Shown here: positions 20,070-27,521 of the stretch, piece by piece | Layout: every line of letters starts with the position of its first letter | Position numbering within the stretch: the first letter of the stretch is position 1 | Source: Kiritimatiella glycovorans | GTDB taxonomy: Bacteria; Verrucomicrobiota; Kiritimatiellia; Kiritimatiellales; Kiritimatiellaceae | Assembly: GCF_001017655.1 (NCBI RefSeq) | Contig: NZ_CP010904.1 | Location: 1,920,001-1,952,000, forward strand | Direction of reading: 5' to 3' | DNA length: 32,000 bases | Made by a program: the position numbers and the translations under genes | The notes under the pieces: model-generated | The model's database searches: none | What the model was told of the DNA's origin: nothing | Seen by the model: the letters and a program-made list of their open reading frames with translations, nothing else

Positions 20070-20660
20070 ATGGACGAACGCACGGTGAAACTGCACCACA
20101 AAATTCAGCTATTGCGCGAGTTCTGCCGCGAAGAGCGGCGGATGCCGACGTATGCGGAGATGCTCGCGCTGTTCCGCTACCGCTCGAAGAACGCGGTCTA
20201 CCGGCTGGTGGAAAAGCTGGCGGGGCTGGGTTACGTCGAGCGCGACCGGGCGGGCAAGCTCGTACCGACGCCGCGGCTGACGGGCTCGCTGAAGCTGCTC
20301 GGCGCGGTGCAGGCCGGATTCCCCTCCCCCGCCGAGGAGGAGCTGGTCGACGTGATCAGTCTCGACGAGTTCCTCGTCGCCGACCCGAAATGTACCTTCA
20401 TGCTGACGGTACAGGGCGATTCGATGATCGACGCCGGGATCCAGCCCGGCGACCTGGTGCTCGTGGAGAAGGGCCGCGAGCCGAAGAAAAACGACGTGGT
20501 GATCGCGCAGGTGGACGGCGAGTGGACGCTGAAGTACTACGGCCGCGACCGCAAAGGCGTCTACCTCGATCCCGCCAACCGCAACTATCACCGCATCCGC
20601 CCCGAACAGTCCTTTGAAATCGGCGGCGTCGTCCGCGCCGCGGTCAGGAGGTACCGATGA
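20070..20660 (+). CDS. lexA: LexA-family repressor (S24 peptidase)
   Basis: N-terminal wHTH (TYAEMLALFRYRSKNAVYRLVEKLAGLGYVERD), cleavage region VQAGFPSPAEE, catalytic GDSM Ser and TLKYY Lys. ATG at 20070 follows AAGGGGA. Confidence 0.85.
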   Translation: MDERTVKLHHKIQLLREFCREERRMPTYAEMLALFRYRSKNAVYRLVEKLAGLGYVERDRAGKLVPTPRLTGSLKLLGAVQAGFPSPAEEELVDVISLDEFLVADPKCTFMLTVQGDSMIDAGIQPGDLVLVEKGREPKKNDVVIAQVDGEWTLKYYGRDRKGVYLDPANRNYHRIRPEQSFEIGGVVRAAVRRYR

Positions 20661-21970
20661 GTCCGTCCGAACAACCCCTCATGCTGAAATCATTTCCGCG
20701 CGCGATCCTGCACGTGGACGGCGACGCGTTTTTCACCTCGGTCGAACAGGCGCTGCACCCGGAGCTGCGCGGACGGCCGGTGGTGAGCGGCAGGGAGCGC
20801 GGGATCATCGCCTGCGCGAGTTACGAGGCGAAGGCCCTGGGGATCAGGCGCGGCGTGGCGCTGCACGAGGCGCGGCGGCGCTGTCCCGAGCTGGTGGTCC
20901 TGCCCAGCGACTACGAGACCTACAGCCTGTTCTCGAAGCGGATGTTCGCGATCATGCGGCAGTACTCCCCCGCGGTGGAGGAGTATTCGATCGACGAGGG
21001 GTTCGCAGACCTGACCGGCGTGCGGCGCGTCTTCCGCGCCTCCTACCCCCAGATCGCCGCCATGCTCCAGGAACAGGTCCGGCGCGAACTGGGCATCACC
21101 GTCTCACTCGGCCTCGCGCCCTCCAAGTCGCTCGCCAAAATCGCCTCCGACTACCGCAAGCCCGAAGGTCTGACCCCGGTCGCGGGCCGTCACATCCACC
21201 ATTTCCTGCCGCGTGTGCCGCTCGAGGACGTGTGGGGGTTCGGCAAAAATACGGTCGAGCTGTTCCGCAAACACGGACTGGAGACGGCCTGGGATTTCGT
21301 GCAGCGCCCCGAGCGATGGGCGGCGCGCATGATGGGAAAAGCGGGACGCGAGATATGGCGGGAACTGCGCGGCGAGGCGGTCTGCGCGGTGGAGACGGAG
21401 GCGAAGCCGCGGCGGTGCTCGATCAGTAAGTGCAAGACCTTCACCGAACCCTCGGCGGACGCCGACGAGGTTCGCGCGCGGCTGCTGCGCAACCTGGAGT
21501 CGGCGTTCATCAAGCTGCGCCGGCACCGCATGAAAACGCGCGAGATCGCCGTCTTTCTGCGCCGGCGCGATTATCACGAGCGGGGCTGGTCGGTACGGCT
21601 CAACCGCGCCACCGGTCTCACGCGCGAGGCCGTGCCGCATGTGCGCGCGGTCTTCGACCAGCTCTTTCAGCCGGGAACGGAATACCGCGCGACCACCGTG
21701 GTGCTCACCCGCCTCGAACCGGACGCACACGACCAGTTCGAGCTGTTCGACGATCCGCTGCAGGTCGAGCGCGCCCGCAGGCTCACGAAGGCCGTCGACC
21801 GGGTCAACGCGCGCTACGGCAAACACAAAGTCGCGCTCGGCGCCTCCCTCTACCTTCCGAAAGCACCCCGCAACGACCGTGAGGACCCCGCCTGGCGCAA
21901 GGCCCACCTGCTGCGGGGCGAAAGTGCCCGCCGCCGGCTGGCCCTGCCGCGGATGGACGTGGCATGCTGA
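20657..21970 (+). CDS. Y-family DNA polymerase (DinB/UmuC-like translesion polymerase)
   Basis: ILHVDGDAFFTSVEQ (motif I), YSIDEGFADLTG (catalytic DE), SLGLAPSKSLAKIASDYRKPEG. ATGA overlap with lexA. CAGGAGG RBS. Confidence 0.9.
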   Translation: MSPSEQPLMLKSFPRAILHVDGDAFFTSVEQALHPELRGRPVVSGRERGIIACASYEAKALGIRRGVALHEARRRCPELVVLPSDYETYSLFSKRMFAIMRQYSPAVEEYSIDEGFADLTGVRRVFRASYPQIAAMLQEQVRRELGITVSLGLAPSKSLAKIASDYRKPEGLTPVAGRHIHHFLPRVPLEDVWGFGKNTVELFRKHGLETAWDFVQRPERWAARMMGKAGREIWRELRGEAVCAVETEAKPRRCSISKCKTFTEPSADADEVRARLLRNLESAFIKLRRHRMKTREIAVFLRRRDYHERGWSVRLNRATGLTREAVPHVRAVFDQLFQPGTEYRATTVVLTRLEPDAHDQFELFDDPLQVERARRLTKAVDRVNARYGKHKVALGASLYLPKAPRNDREDPAWRKAHLLRGESARRRLALPRMDVAC

Positions 21971-22073
21971 GGACATGCTTGGAAATGGGTTATTCGTGGA
22001 TTTTTATGGAAAGTCGTTGGGGGGAAAGGACGGGGTGCGGAAGAATCGCGATCGTGGGGAGAGAATGGGATTC

Positions 22074-22100
22074 ACCATGAAGGCCATGAAGAGCATGAAG
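22074..22100. repeat. 3 x 9-bp tandem repeat NCCATGAAG (accatgaag gccatgaag agcatgaag)
   Basis: Read directly from the sequence. Confidence 0.8.
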
Positions 22101-22114
22101 GGGTGAACATAATC

Positions 22115-22223
22115 CGTACTCGCACTCGTACTCGTACTCATACTCGGAGCGCCGAAGGCGCGATCCCCCTCCCCCGGTTCGAGGAACTCGAGTACGAGTA
22201 CCGCTTCGCTGAGTACGAGTACG
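22115..22223. repeat. hairpin element: (CGTACT)5 left arm, GC-rich core, (GAGTAC)2-N9-(GAGTAC)2 right arm
   Basis: The arms are reverse complements (CGTACTCG at 22115-22122 pairs with CGAGTACG at 22216-22223; the inner CGTACTCGTACTC pairs with GAGTACGAGTAC). The core contains GCGCC-GAA-GGCGC (22149-22161). Confidence 0.75.
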
Positions 22224-22242
22224 AATTATGTCTGTGAATCCC

Positions 22243-22301
22243 GATTTCGACTTCGATCCGGATTTCGAGATCCCATCCGTGTGATCGGTGTAATCCGTGG
22301 T
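22243..22301. repeat. 5 hexamers GAYTTC-type (gatttc gacttc gatccg gatttc gagatc), then 3 x 9-bp ATCCGTGKN (atccgtgtg atcggtgta atccgtggt)
   Basis: Read directly from the sequence. Confidence 0.75.
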
Positions 22302-22320
22302 CGAAAACACAAGAAAGGTC

Positions 22321-22381
22321 TCTCGCAAAGGCGCCGGGATCGCAAAGATGAATGAGAAGAGCACGGGCAAAGAAATCGTGC
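22321..22381. repeat. 61-bp direct repeat, copy 1
   Basis: tctcgcaaaggcgccgggatcgcaaagatgaatgagaagagcacgggcaaagaaatcgtgc. 56/61 identical to 22495-22555. Confidence 0.85.
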
Positions 22382-22494
22382 TCCCCCAAATGAATAAATT
22401 CCTCGGCGACCTTGGCGGCTTGGCGAGAGAAAAACAGGTTGAAGTCACTTCAGCGGACGGAGGCCGCCGCTGACAAAAAAACACAGGAAATGAC

Positions 22495-22555
22495 TCTCGC
22501 CAAGGCGCAGAGATCGCAAAGATGAATGAGAAGAGCACAGGCAAAGAGATCGTGC
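22495..22555. repeat. 61-bp direct repeat, copy 2
   Basis: tctcgccaaggcgcagagatcgcaaagatgaatgagaagagcacaggcaaagagatcgtgc. Lies 174 bp downstream of copy 1. Confidence 0.85.
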
Positions 22556-22567
22556 GTTCTCTCTTAC

Positions 22568-22664
22568 GTTCGTAGTAGGCCCGCAGGCCTGCGAAGCAGG
22601 GCCAGGGCCGTTATCTTCACGCGCCTGGCCTGCCGGGGGGCAGGCTTACGGCGCTACTACGAAC
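22568..22664. repeat. 97-bp multi-hairpin element closed by an 11-bp stem GTTCGTAGTAG / CTACTACGAAC
   Basis: Internal hairpins: CCTGC-GAA-GCAGG (22588-22600), GGCCAGG...CCTGGCC (22600-22606 / 22624-22630) and CCTGCC-GGGG-GGCAGG (22629-22644). Confidence 0.7.
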
Positions 22665-22765
22665 TCTTCCTCACCCGGAAATGCACACAAAGGCATCGAC
22701 GTCCTCCGCTCCTGCTAGTACACTTATTTCCGCATCAAGCGGGCACATGCGGAAAGGAGCGCGTT

Positions 22766-23239
22766 ATGAAGACGACGGTTATCAGAGTGTATTTGACCCT
22801 CGGTCTTGTTTCTCTATTGACCGGCTGCGGCGAATCGGACCGCAGGGAGGAACCGTCCCCTCCCCCCACAACCGAAGACCTGAAAGAACAGGTGGGGGAT
22901 GCGGGCCGTACGGCCTCCCGCTACCTGCAGCAGAAACAGCAGGAGGCGGTGGACTCGGCCGGTGAAAAAGTCGATCAATGGCGGGGGAACGTCGATGACA
23001 TGAAGCAGCAGCTCGAGGACAAGACCGCCTCCGCCACGGCGAAGAGCAAAGAGGACATCGAGCAGCTCCAGTCCGATCTGCAGGACCGGATGAAAGCGCT
23101 GGAATCGAAATGGAAGACGGTACAGGCGGAAGGCGCGGAGGCCTGGGGTGAGATGCAGGCGGGGTTCGCCGCCGCGGCCGAAGAGCTGAAGCAGGCCTAC
23201 GACCGTGCCGCGGATGAGCTGAAGAAAGAGTCGCAATGA
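22766..23239 (+). CDS. hypothetical coiled-coil lipoprotein
   Basis: MKTTVIRVYLTLGLVSLLTGC lipobox. AAAGGAG RBS at 22753-22759. Helical, charged repeats (apolipoprotein/LEA-like composition). The stop overlaps the NfeD start (ATGA). Confidence 0.7.
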   Translation: MKTTVIRVYLTLGLVSLLTGCGESDRREEPSPPPTTEDLKEQVGDAGRTASRYLQQKQQEAVDSAGEKVDQWRGNVDDMKQQLEDKTASATAKSKEDIEQLQSDLQDRMKALESKWKTVQAEGAEAWGEMQAGFAAAAEELKQAYDRAADELKKESQ

Positions 23240-24666
23240 TCCGGCGTCTTTTGTTCCTGCTGGTCTTCGTTCTGCTCGTGCCGGCCGCCGGCGCTCAACA
23301 GGACGTGCCGTCCGAGGTATGGCGCGTCACGATCGAGGACGAGGCCGTGACCCCCGGCATGGAGCGCTTCGTGCGGCGCGTCCTCGGAGAGGCCGAAGAG
23401 GCCGGGGCGGAGTGCCTCGTGATCGAACTCGATACGCCCGGCGGGCTGTTAACCTCGACCCGCCACATCGTTCAGGACATCACGGGCAGCCGGGTCCCGG
23501 TCGTGGTCTACGTCGCGCCCTCCGGCGCCCGCGCCGCCTCGGCGGGTCTTTTCATCACCCTCTCCTCGCACGTCGCCGCCATGGCGCCGGGCACCAATAT
23601 CGGCGCCGCGCACCCCGTGCAGCTCGGTCCGCCCGGCATGCCCTCCCCCTCCCCGCAGAAGCCCGGCATGCCCGAGCGCCCGAGGCCGGACGAGGGAGAC
23701 TCACCGGACGAGGACGGAAGCGCGGCGAACGGAGACGGAGAGGCCGACACCAACCGTCCGCCCGCGCAGTCCGATATCATGACGGCCAAGCAGGTCGAGG
23801 ATGCCAAGGCGTGGGTGCGCTCGCTGTCGAAACTGCGCGGACGCAACGCGGAATGGGCGCAGAAGGCGGTCGCGGAAAGCAAATCGGCCTCCGCCGAAGA
23901 AGCGCTCGAACTGGGGGTCATCGACCTGATCGCCGAAGATACGGAATCGCTGCTTACCCGGATCGACGGCATGGAGGTTGAAGCCGGCGGCACCACCCGC
24001 ACGCTCGCGACGGCCGGCGCGCCGGTCCGCGACGTGTCCCGGTGGTGGGGTGAGAAACTGCTCGCCGCGATCTCCAACCCCAACATCGCCTTCCTGCTGC
24101 TGATGTTCGGCTTTTACGGCATTCTGTTCGAATTCTATTCGCCCGGCTGGGGCGTGGGCGGCGTGGTGGGCGTACTCTGCCTCCTGCTGGGCTTCTACGG
24201 CCTGTCCATCCTGCCGGTCAACTACGCCGGGCTCGCGCTGCTGATCGCCGCCGTCGCGCTGTTCACCGCCGAGGCGTTCGTTCCGAGTTTCGGCGCGCTG
24301 ACGATCGGGGGCGCGGTGTGTCTCGTGCTCGGCGGCGTCATGCTCATCGACTCGCCGCAGGGATTCATGAAGGTCTCGCTGAAGGTGATCGTTCCGGCCG
24401 CCGCCGCCACCGCAGGCATCACCCTCTTTCTGGTCGGAAGCATTGTGAAAGGCCACCGCCGCAGGCCGCTGACCGGAGACCCCGGAGCCGCGGAGCAGAC
24501 GGTGGAGGCCCGCGACGATTTTCAGCCGCACGGCGGCGCGTACCGCGGTCATGTCTACTGGAACGGCGAGTGGTGGAGTGCGGTGTGTGAAACGCCCGTA
24601 AGCGCCGGGCAGAATGTGAAGATTGAGAAACGCGAGGGTCTTACGCTGTACGTCAAAGCCCCATAA
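23236..24666 (+). CDS. NfeD family membrane-bound ClpP-class serine protease
   Basis: ELDTPGGL and ARAASAGLFI ClpP-class motifs, four TM helices, C-terminal OB-fold NfeD domain (GHVYWNGEWWSAVCETPVSAGQNVKIEKREGLTLYV). Confidence 0.9.
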   Translation: MIRRLLFLLVFVLLVPAAGAQQDVPSEVWRVTIEDEAVTPGMERFVRRVLGEAEEAGAECLVIELDTPGGLLTSTRHIVQDITGSRVPVVVYVAPSGARAASAGLFITLSSHVAAMAPGTNIGAAHPVQLGPPGMPSPSPQKPGMPERPRPDEGDSPDEDGSAANGDGEADTNRPPAQSDIMTAKQVEDAKAWVRSLSKLRGRNAEWAQKAVAESKSASAEEALELGVIDLIAEDTESLLTRIDGMEVEAGGTTRTLATAGAPVRDVSRWWGEKLLAAISNPNIAFLLLMFGFYGILFEFYSPGWGVGGVVGVLCLLLGFYGLSILPVNYAGLALLIAAVALFTAEAFVPSFGALTIGGAVCLVLGGVMLIDSPQGFMKVSLKVIVPAAAATAGITLFLVGSIVKGHRRRPLTGDPGAAEQTVEARDDFQPHGGAYRGHVYWNGEWWSAVCETPVSAGQNVKIEKREGLTLYVKAP

Positions 24667-24681
24667 ACCAGGGAGGTCGCC

Positions 24682-25452
24682 ATGCAACCGGTCGGTATCG
24701 TCATTGCCATAGTCATTTTCTACCTGCTCTCCTGTATCCGCATTCTGTTCGAGTACGAGCGCGGCGTGGTGTTCCGGCTGGGGCGTGCGCTCCCCGAGCC
24801 GAAGGGACCGGGCATCTGCTTCGTCTTCTGGCCGATCGACCGGATGGACCGCGTAACGCTGCGGACGATGGTGCAGGACGTACCCTCGCAGGACGTCATC
24901 ACCCGCGACAACGTCTCGGTGAAAGTCAACGCCGTGGTCTATTTCCGCGTGATCGATCCGATGCTCTCGGTGCTGAAGGTTGAGGACTACTTCTACGCGA
25001 CCACGCAGCTCTGTCAGACCACGCTGCGCAGCGTACTGGGGCAGGCGGAGCTCGACGAACTGCTGTCCGAACGCGACAAGATCAACCAGGAACTCCAGGA
25101 AGTCATCGACCAGCAGAGCGACCCCTGGGGCGTCAAGGTCTCCATGGTCGAAGTCAAGTACGTCGAGCTGCCCGAACACATGACCCGGGCGATGGCCAAA
25201 CAGGCCGAAAGCGAACGCGAACGGCGGGCGAAGGTGATCCATGCCGAGGGCGAGTTCCAGGCCGCCGAACAGCTCCGCGAGGCCGCGAAGGTGATCCAGG
25301 ACTATCCCCAGGCGATGCAGATGCGCTATCTGCAGACGCTGATCGAGATCGGCACCGAGAACAACACCACGGTGATGTTCCCCTTCCCCATCGACCTGCT
25401 CACGTCTTTCATGAAGAAAGTTAAAGGTGAGTCTGAATCGGGTGGCGAGTAA
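24682..25452 (+). CDS. SPFH/Band-7 (stomatin-like) protein
   Basis: N-terminal TM, then the typical stomatin core ...[43 protein letters not shown]. Classic NfeD-stomatin gene pair. Confidence 0.92.
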   Translation: MQPVGIVIAIVIFYLLSCIRILFEYERGVVFRLGRALPEPKGPGICFVFWPIDRMDRVTLRTMVQDVPSQDVITRDNVSVKVNAVVYFRVIDPMLSVLKVEDYFYATTQLCQTTLRSVLGQAELDELLSERDKINQELQEVIDQQSDPWGVKVSMVEVKYVELPEHMTRAMAKQAESERERRAKVIHAEGEFQAAEQLREAAKVIQDYPQAMQMRYLQTLIEIGTENNTTVMFPFPIDLLTSFMKKVKGESESGGE

Positions 25453-25608
25453 CGTGGTCTACGCCCCGTAGAGGCTGGACGCGCGACGGAGGAAGCCGGA
25501 ATCGGGATCTTTAAGCCCTGATCCTCTCCGCGGCCGGCCCTTGCGGCGCTTCCATCCTATCGACGGTTTGGATTTCCTCCCCGGCGCGATTCAGGCTACG
25601 ATCCGGGC

Positions 25609-27447
25609 ATGAAACTGAAACGCGAACTGGGTCCGGGGGCGGTGTTCTGCATCGCGACCGGCGCGATGATCAGCTCGGGGATCTTTGTCCTGCCGGGACT
25701 CGCCCACGCGCAGGCGGGGCCGGGCGTCGTATTCTCGTACGTGATCGCCGGCGTGCTGACGGGGATCGGGATGGTCAGCGCGGCGGAGCTGGCCACGGCC
25801 ATGCCCCGGGCGGGCGGCGACTACTTCTTCATCACCCGCGCGCTGGGCCCCCTGCCCGGCTCGATCGCGGGACTGCTGAACTGGTTCGCGCTCTCGCTCA
25901 AGAGCGCGTTCGCGCTGGTGGGCCTGGCCGCGTTCGCGTCGATCTACGTGGACCTGAATCCGCGCTGGACGGCGGCGGCGCTGACGCTGGTCTTCACGGC
26001 GATCAACCTGACCGGAACCCGTCATTCGAGCCGGATACAGATCGGACTGGTGGTCGGCCTGATCGCGCTGATGAGCTATTACGTGGCGCGCGGAATCCCG
26101 CACGTCCGCGTGGAGAACGTGATGCCGCTGATGCCGTACGGGTTCCGGGGCGTCATCGTCACCGCCGGCTTCGTCTTCGTCGCCTACGGCGGTCTGATCA
26201 AGATCGCCGTGATGGCCGAGGAGATCCGCAATCCGTCGCGCGTCATCCCGCGCGCGATCTTCTCCTCGCTCCTGTTGACCGTCCTGCTCTACGTATTAAT
26301 GGTCTGGGTCACGGCAGGGGTCCTTGCGGATGAACAGCTCGACGCCTCCCTGACGCCGATCGCGGACGGGGCGCGGGCGTTCCTGTCCGCGCCGGGCGTC
26401 GCCGCGATCGGCCTGGCGGCCTGTCTGGCGTTCATTTCGACGGCCAACGCGGGCATCCTGGCGGCTTCGCGCTACCTGTTCGCGCTGAGCCGCGACGGAC
26501 TGCTCCCCGCGGGGCTTTCGAAACTGACGCCGCGCACCGGGACGCCGGGCGCGGCGCTGCTGATGACCGGCGCGTTCATCATCGGCTCGCTGTTCCTGCC
26601 GCTGAAACTGCTGGTGGAATCCGCGTCGCTGGTCATCCTGCTGGGCTTCATCATGTCTGCGCTCTGCGTGATCGTACTGCGCGAGGGGCGCGTCCAGAAC
26701 TACCGCCCCGGGTTCCGCGCCCCGTTTTATCCCTGGCTCCAGATCACGGCCCTGCTTTGTTACGGGTTCCTGCTCTTCGAGCTGGGACGCGAGGCCTACC
26801 TCATCTGCGCCGTCCTGCTGCTGATCGCGCTGGTGACCTACCATCATTTCGGCCGCAAACAGGCGGACCGCGAATACGCGCTGCTGCACCTGATCGAACG
26901 CATCACCTCGAAGGCGCTGGTGACGGGCACACTGGAACGCGAGCTGAAGTCGATCATCCGCGAGCGCGACGAGCTGACCGCGGACCGGTTCGACCGCGAA
27001 GTCGGCGATGCACGCGTCCTGGATATCGAAGAGGAGATGGACTACGAATCGTGTTTCCGCCAGACCGCCGAACAGCTCGCGCCCGAACTCGGCATCGATC
27101 CGCAGACGCTGTTTCGTATGCTGATGGAACGCGAGCAGGAGAGTTCCACCGCACTGACCCCGTTTCTCGCGGTGCCGCACATCGTGGTGCCCGGCGAACA
27201 GCGATTCCGCATGATCCTGATCCGCGCCCGCGGCGGCGTGCGATTCCCGGAGCGCGAGGAACCGATCCACGCCGTCTTCGTGCTGGCGGGCACAAAGGAC
27301 GAGCGCAACTTCCACCTCCGCGCCCTGGCCGCCCTCGCACAGGTCGTCCAGGACCGCGACTTCGAGAAGCGCTGGCTGGACGCCCGCGGGACCGAAGGCA
27401 TTCGCGACGTGGTGCTTCTCGCGCGCAGAGGCAGGAGCGGGAATTAG
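25609..27447 (+). CDS. APC-superfamily amino-acid/polyamine permease fused to a C-terminal PTS EIIA type-2 (PtsN-like) domain
   Basis: About 12 TM helices with an APC-type N-terminus (GAVFCIATGAMISSGIFVLPG). The C-terminal 140 aa align by eye to PtsN: REQESSTALTPFLAVPH vs REKMGSTGIGNGIAIPH, and IHAVFVLAGTKDERNFHLRALAALAQVV vs VDLLFALLVPADQTKTHLHTLSLVAKRL. Confidence 0.85.
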   Translation: MKLKRELGPGAVFCIATGAMISSGIFVLPGLAHAQAGPGVVFSYVIAGVLTGIGMVSAAELATAMPRAGGDYFFITRALGPLPGSIAGLLNWFALSLKSAFALVGLAAFASIYVDLNPRWTAAALTLVFTAINLTGTRHSSRIQIGLVVGLIALMSYYVARGIPHVRVENVMPLMPYGFRGVIVTAGFVFVAYGGLIKIAVMAEEIRNPSRVIPRAIFSSLLLTVLLYVLMVWVTAGVLADEQLDASLTPIADGARAFLSAPGVAAIGLAACLAFISTANAGILAASRYLFALSRDGLLPAGLSKLTPRTGTPGAALLMTGAFIIGSLFLPLKLLVESASLVILLGFIMSALCVIVLREGRVQNYRPGFRAPFYPWLQITALLCYGFLLFELGREAYLICAVLLLIALVTYHHFGRKQADREYALLHLIERITSKALVTGTLERELKSIIRERDELTADRFDREVGDARVLDIEEEMDYESCFRQTAEQLAPELGIDPQTLFRMLMEREQESSTALTPFLAVPHIVVPGEQRFRMILIRARGGVRFPEREEPIHAVFVLAGTKDERNFHLRALAALAQVVQDRDFEKRWLDARGTEGIRDVVLLARRGRSGN

Positions 27448-27521
27448 AGACTGAGAGCCGTTTGCATCCGGCGGGGCCGTCTCATAGCATGGATGATGGA
27501 GTAACACGAAAGGGGGGCGGC

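Noticed and set aside
21990-22544. 184-aa minus-strand ORF (and 22138-22389) across the repeat-rich spacer
   Set aside because: It consists of pseudo-peptides generated by period-6/period-9 repeats (LHALHGLHG, EYEYEYECEY, TDYTDHTDG, and the duplicated PVLFSFIFAI). It has no start context and no domain. It exists only because all repeat periods are multiples of 3.
22321-22555. CRISPR array?
   Set aside because: There are only two full repeat copies, the repeats are 61 bp and internally periodic, the spacing is 113 bp, and there is no leader or cas gene in the window.
22568-22664. SRP (4.5S) RNA or tRNA-like gene, because of GAAGCAGG and a multi-hairpin fold
   Set aside because: The loop is a GAA triloop rather than the conserved GGAA tetraloop flanked by the SRP domain IV symmetric loop. 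There is no tRNA T-loop or anticodon architecture.
23701-25242. 513-aa minus-strand ORF antisense to NfeD/SPFH. The same applies to 26296-27552 (antisense to the permease) and 28136-29884 (antisense to hcp).
   Set aside because: Shadow ORFs. Each opposes a gene with clear family motifs.
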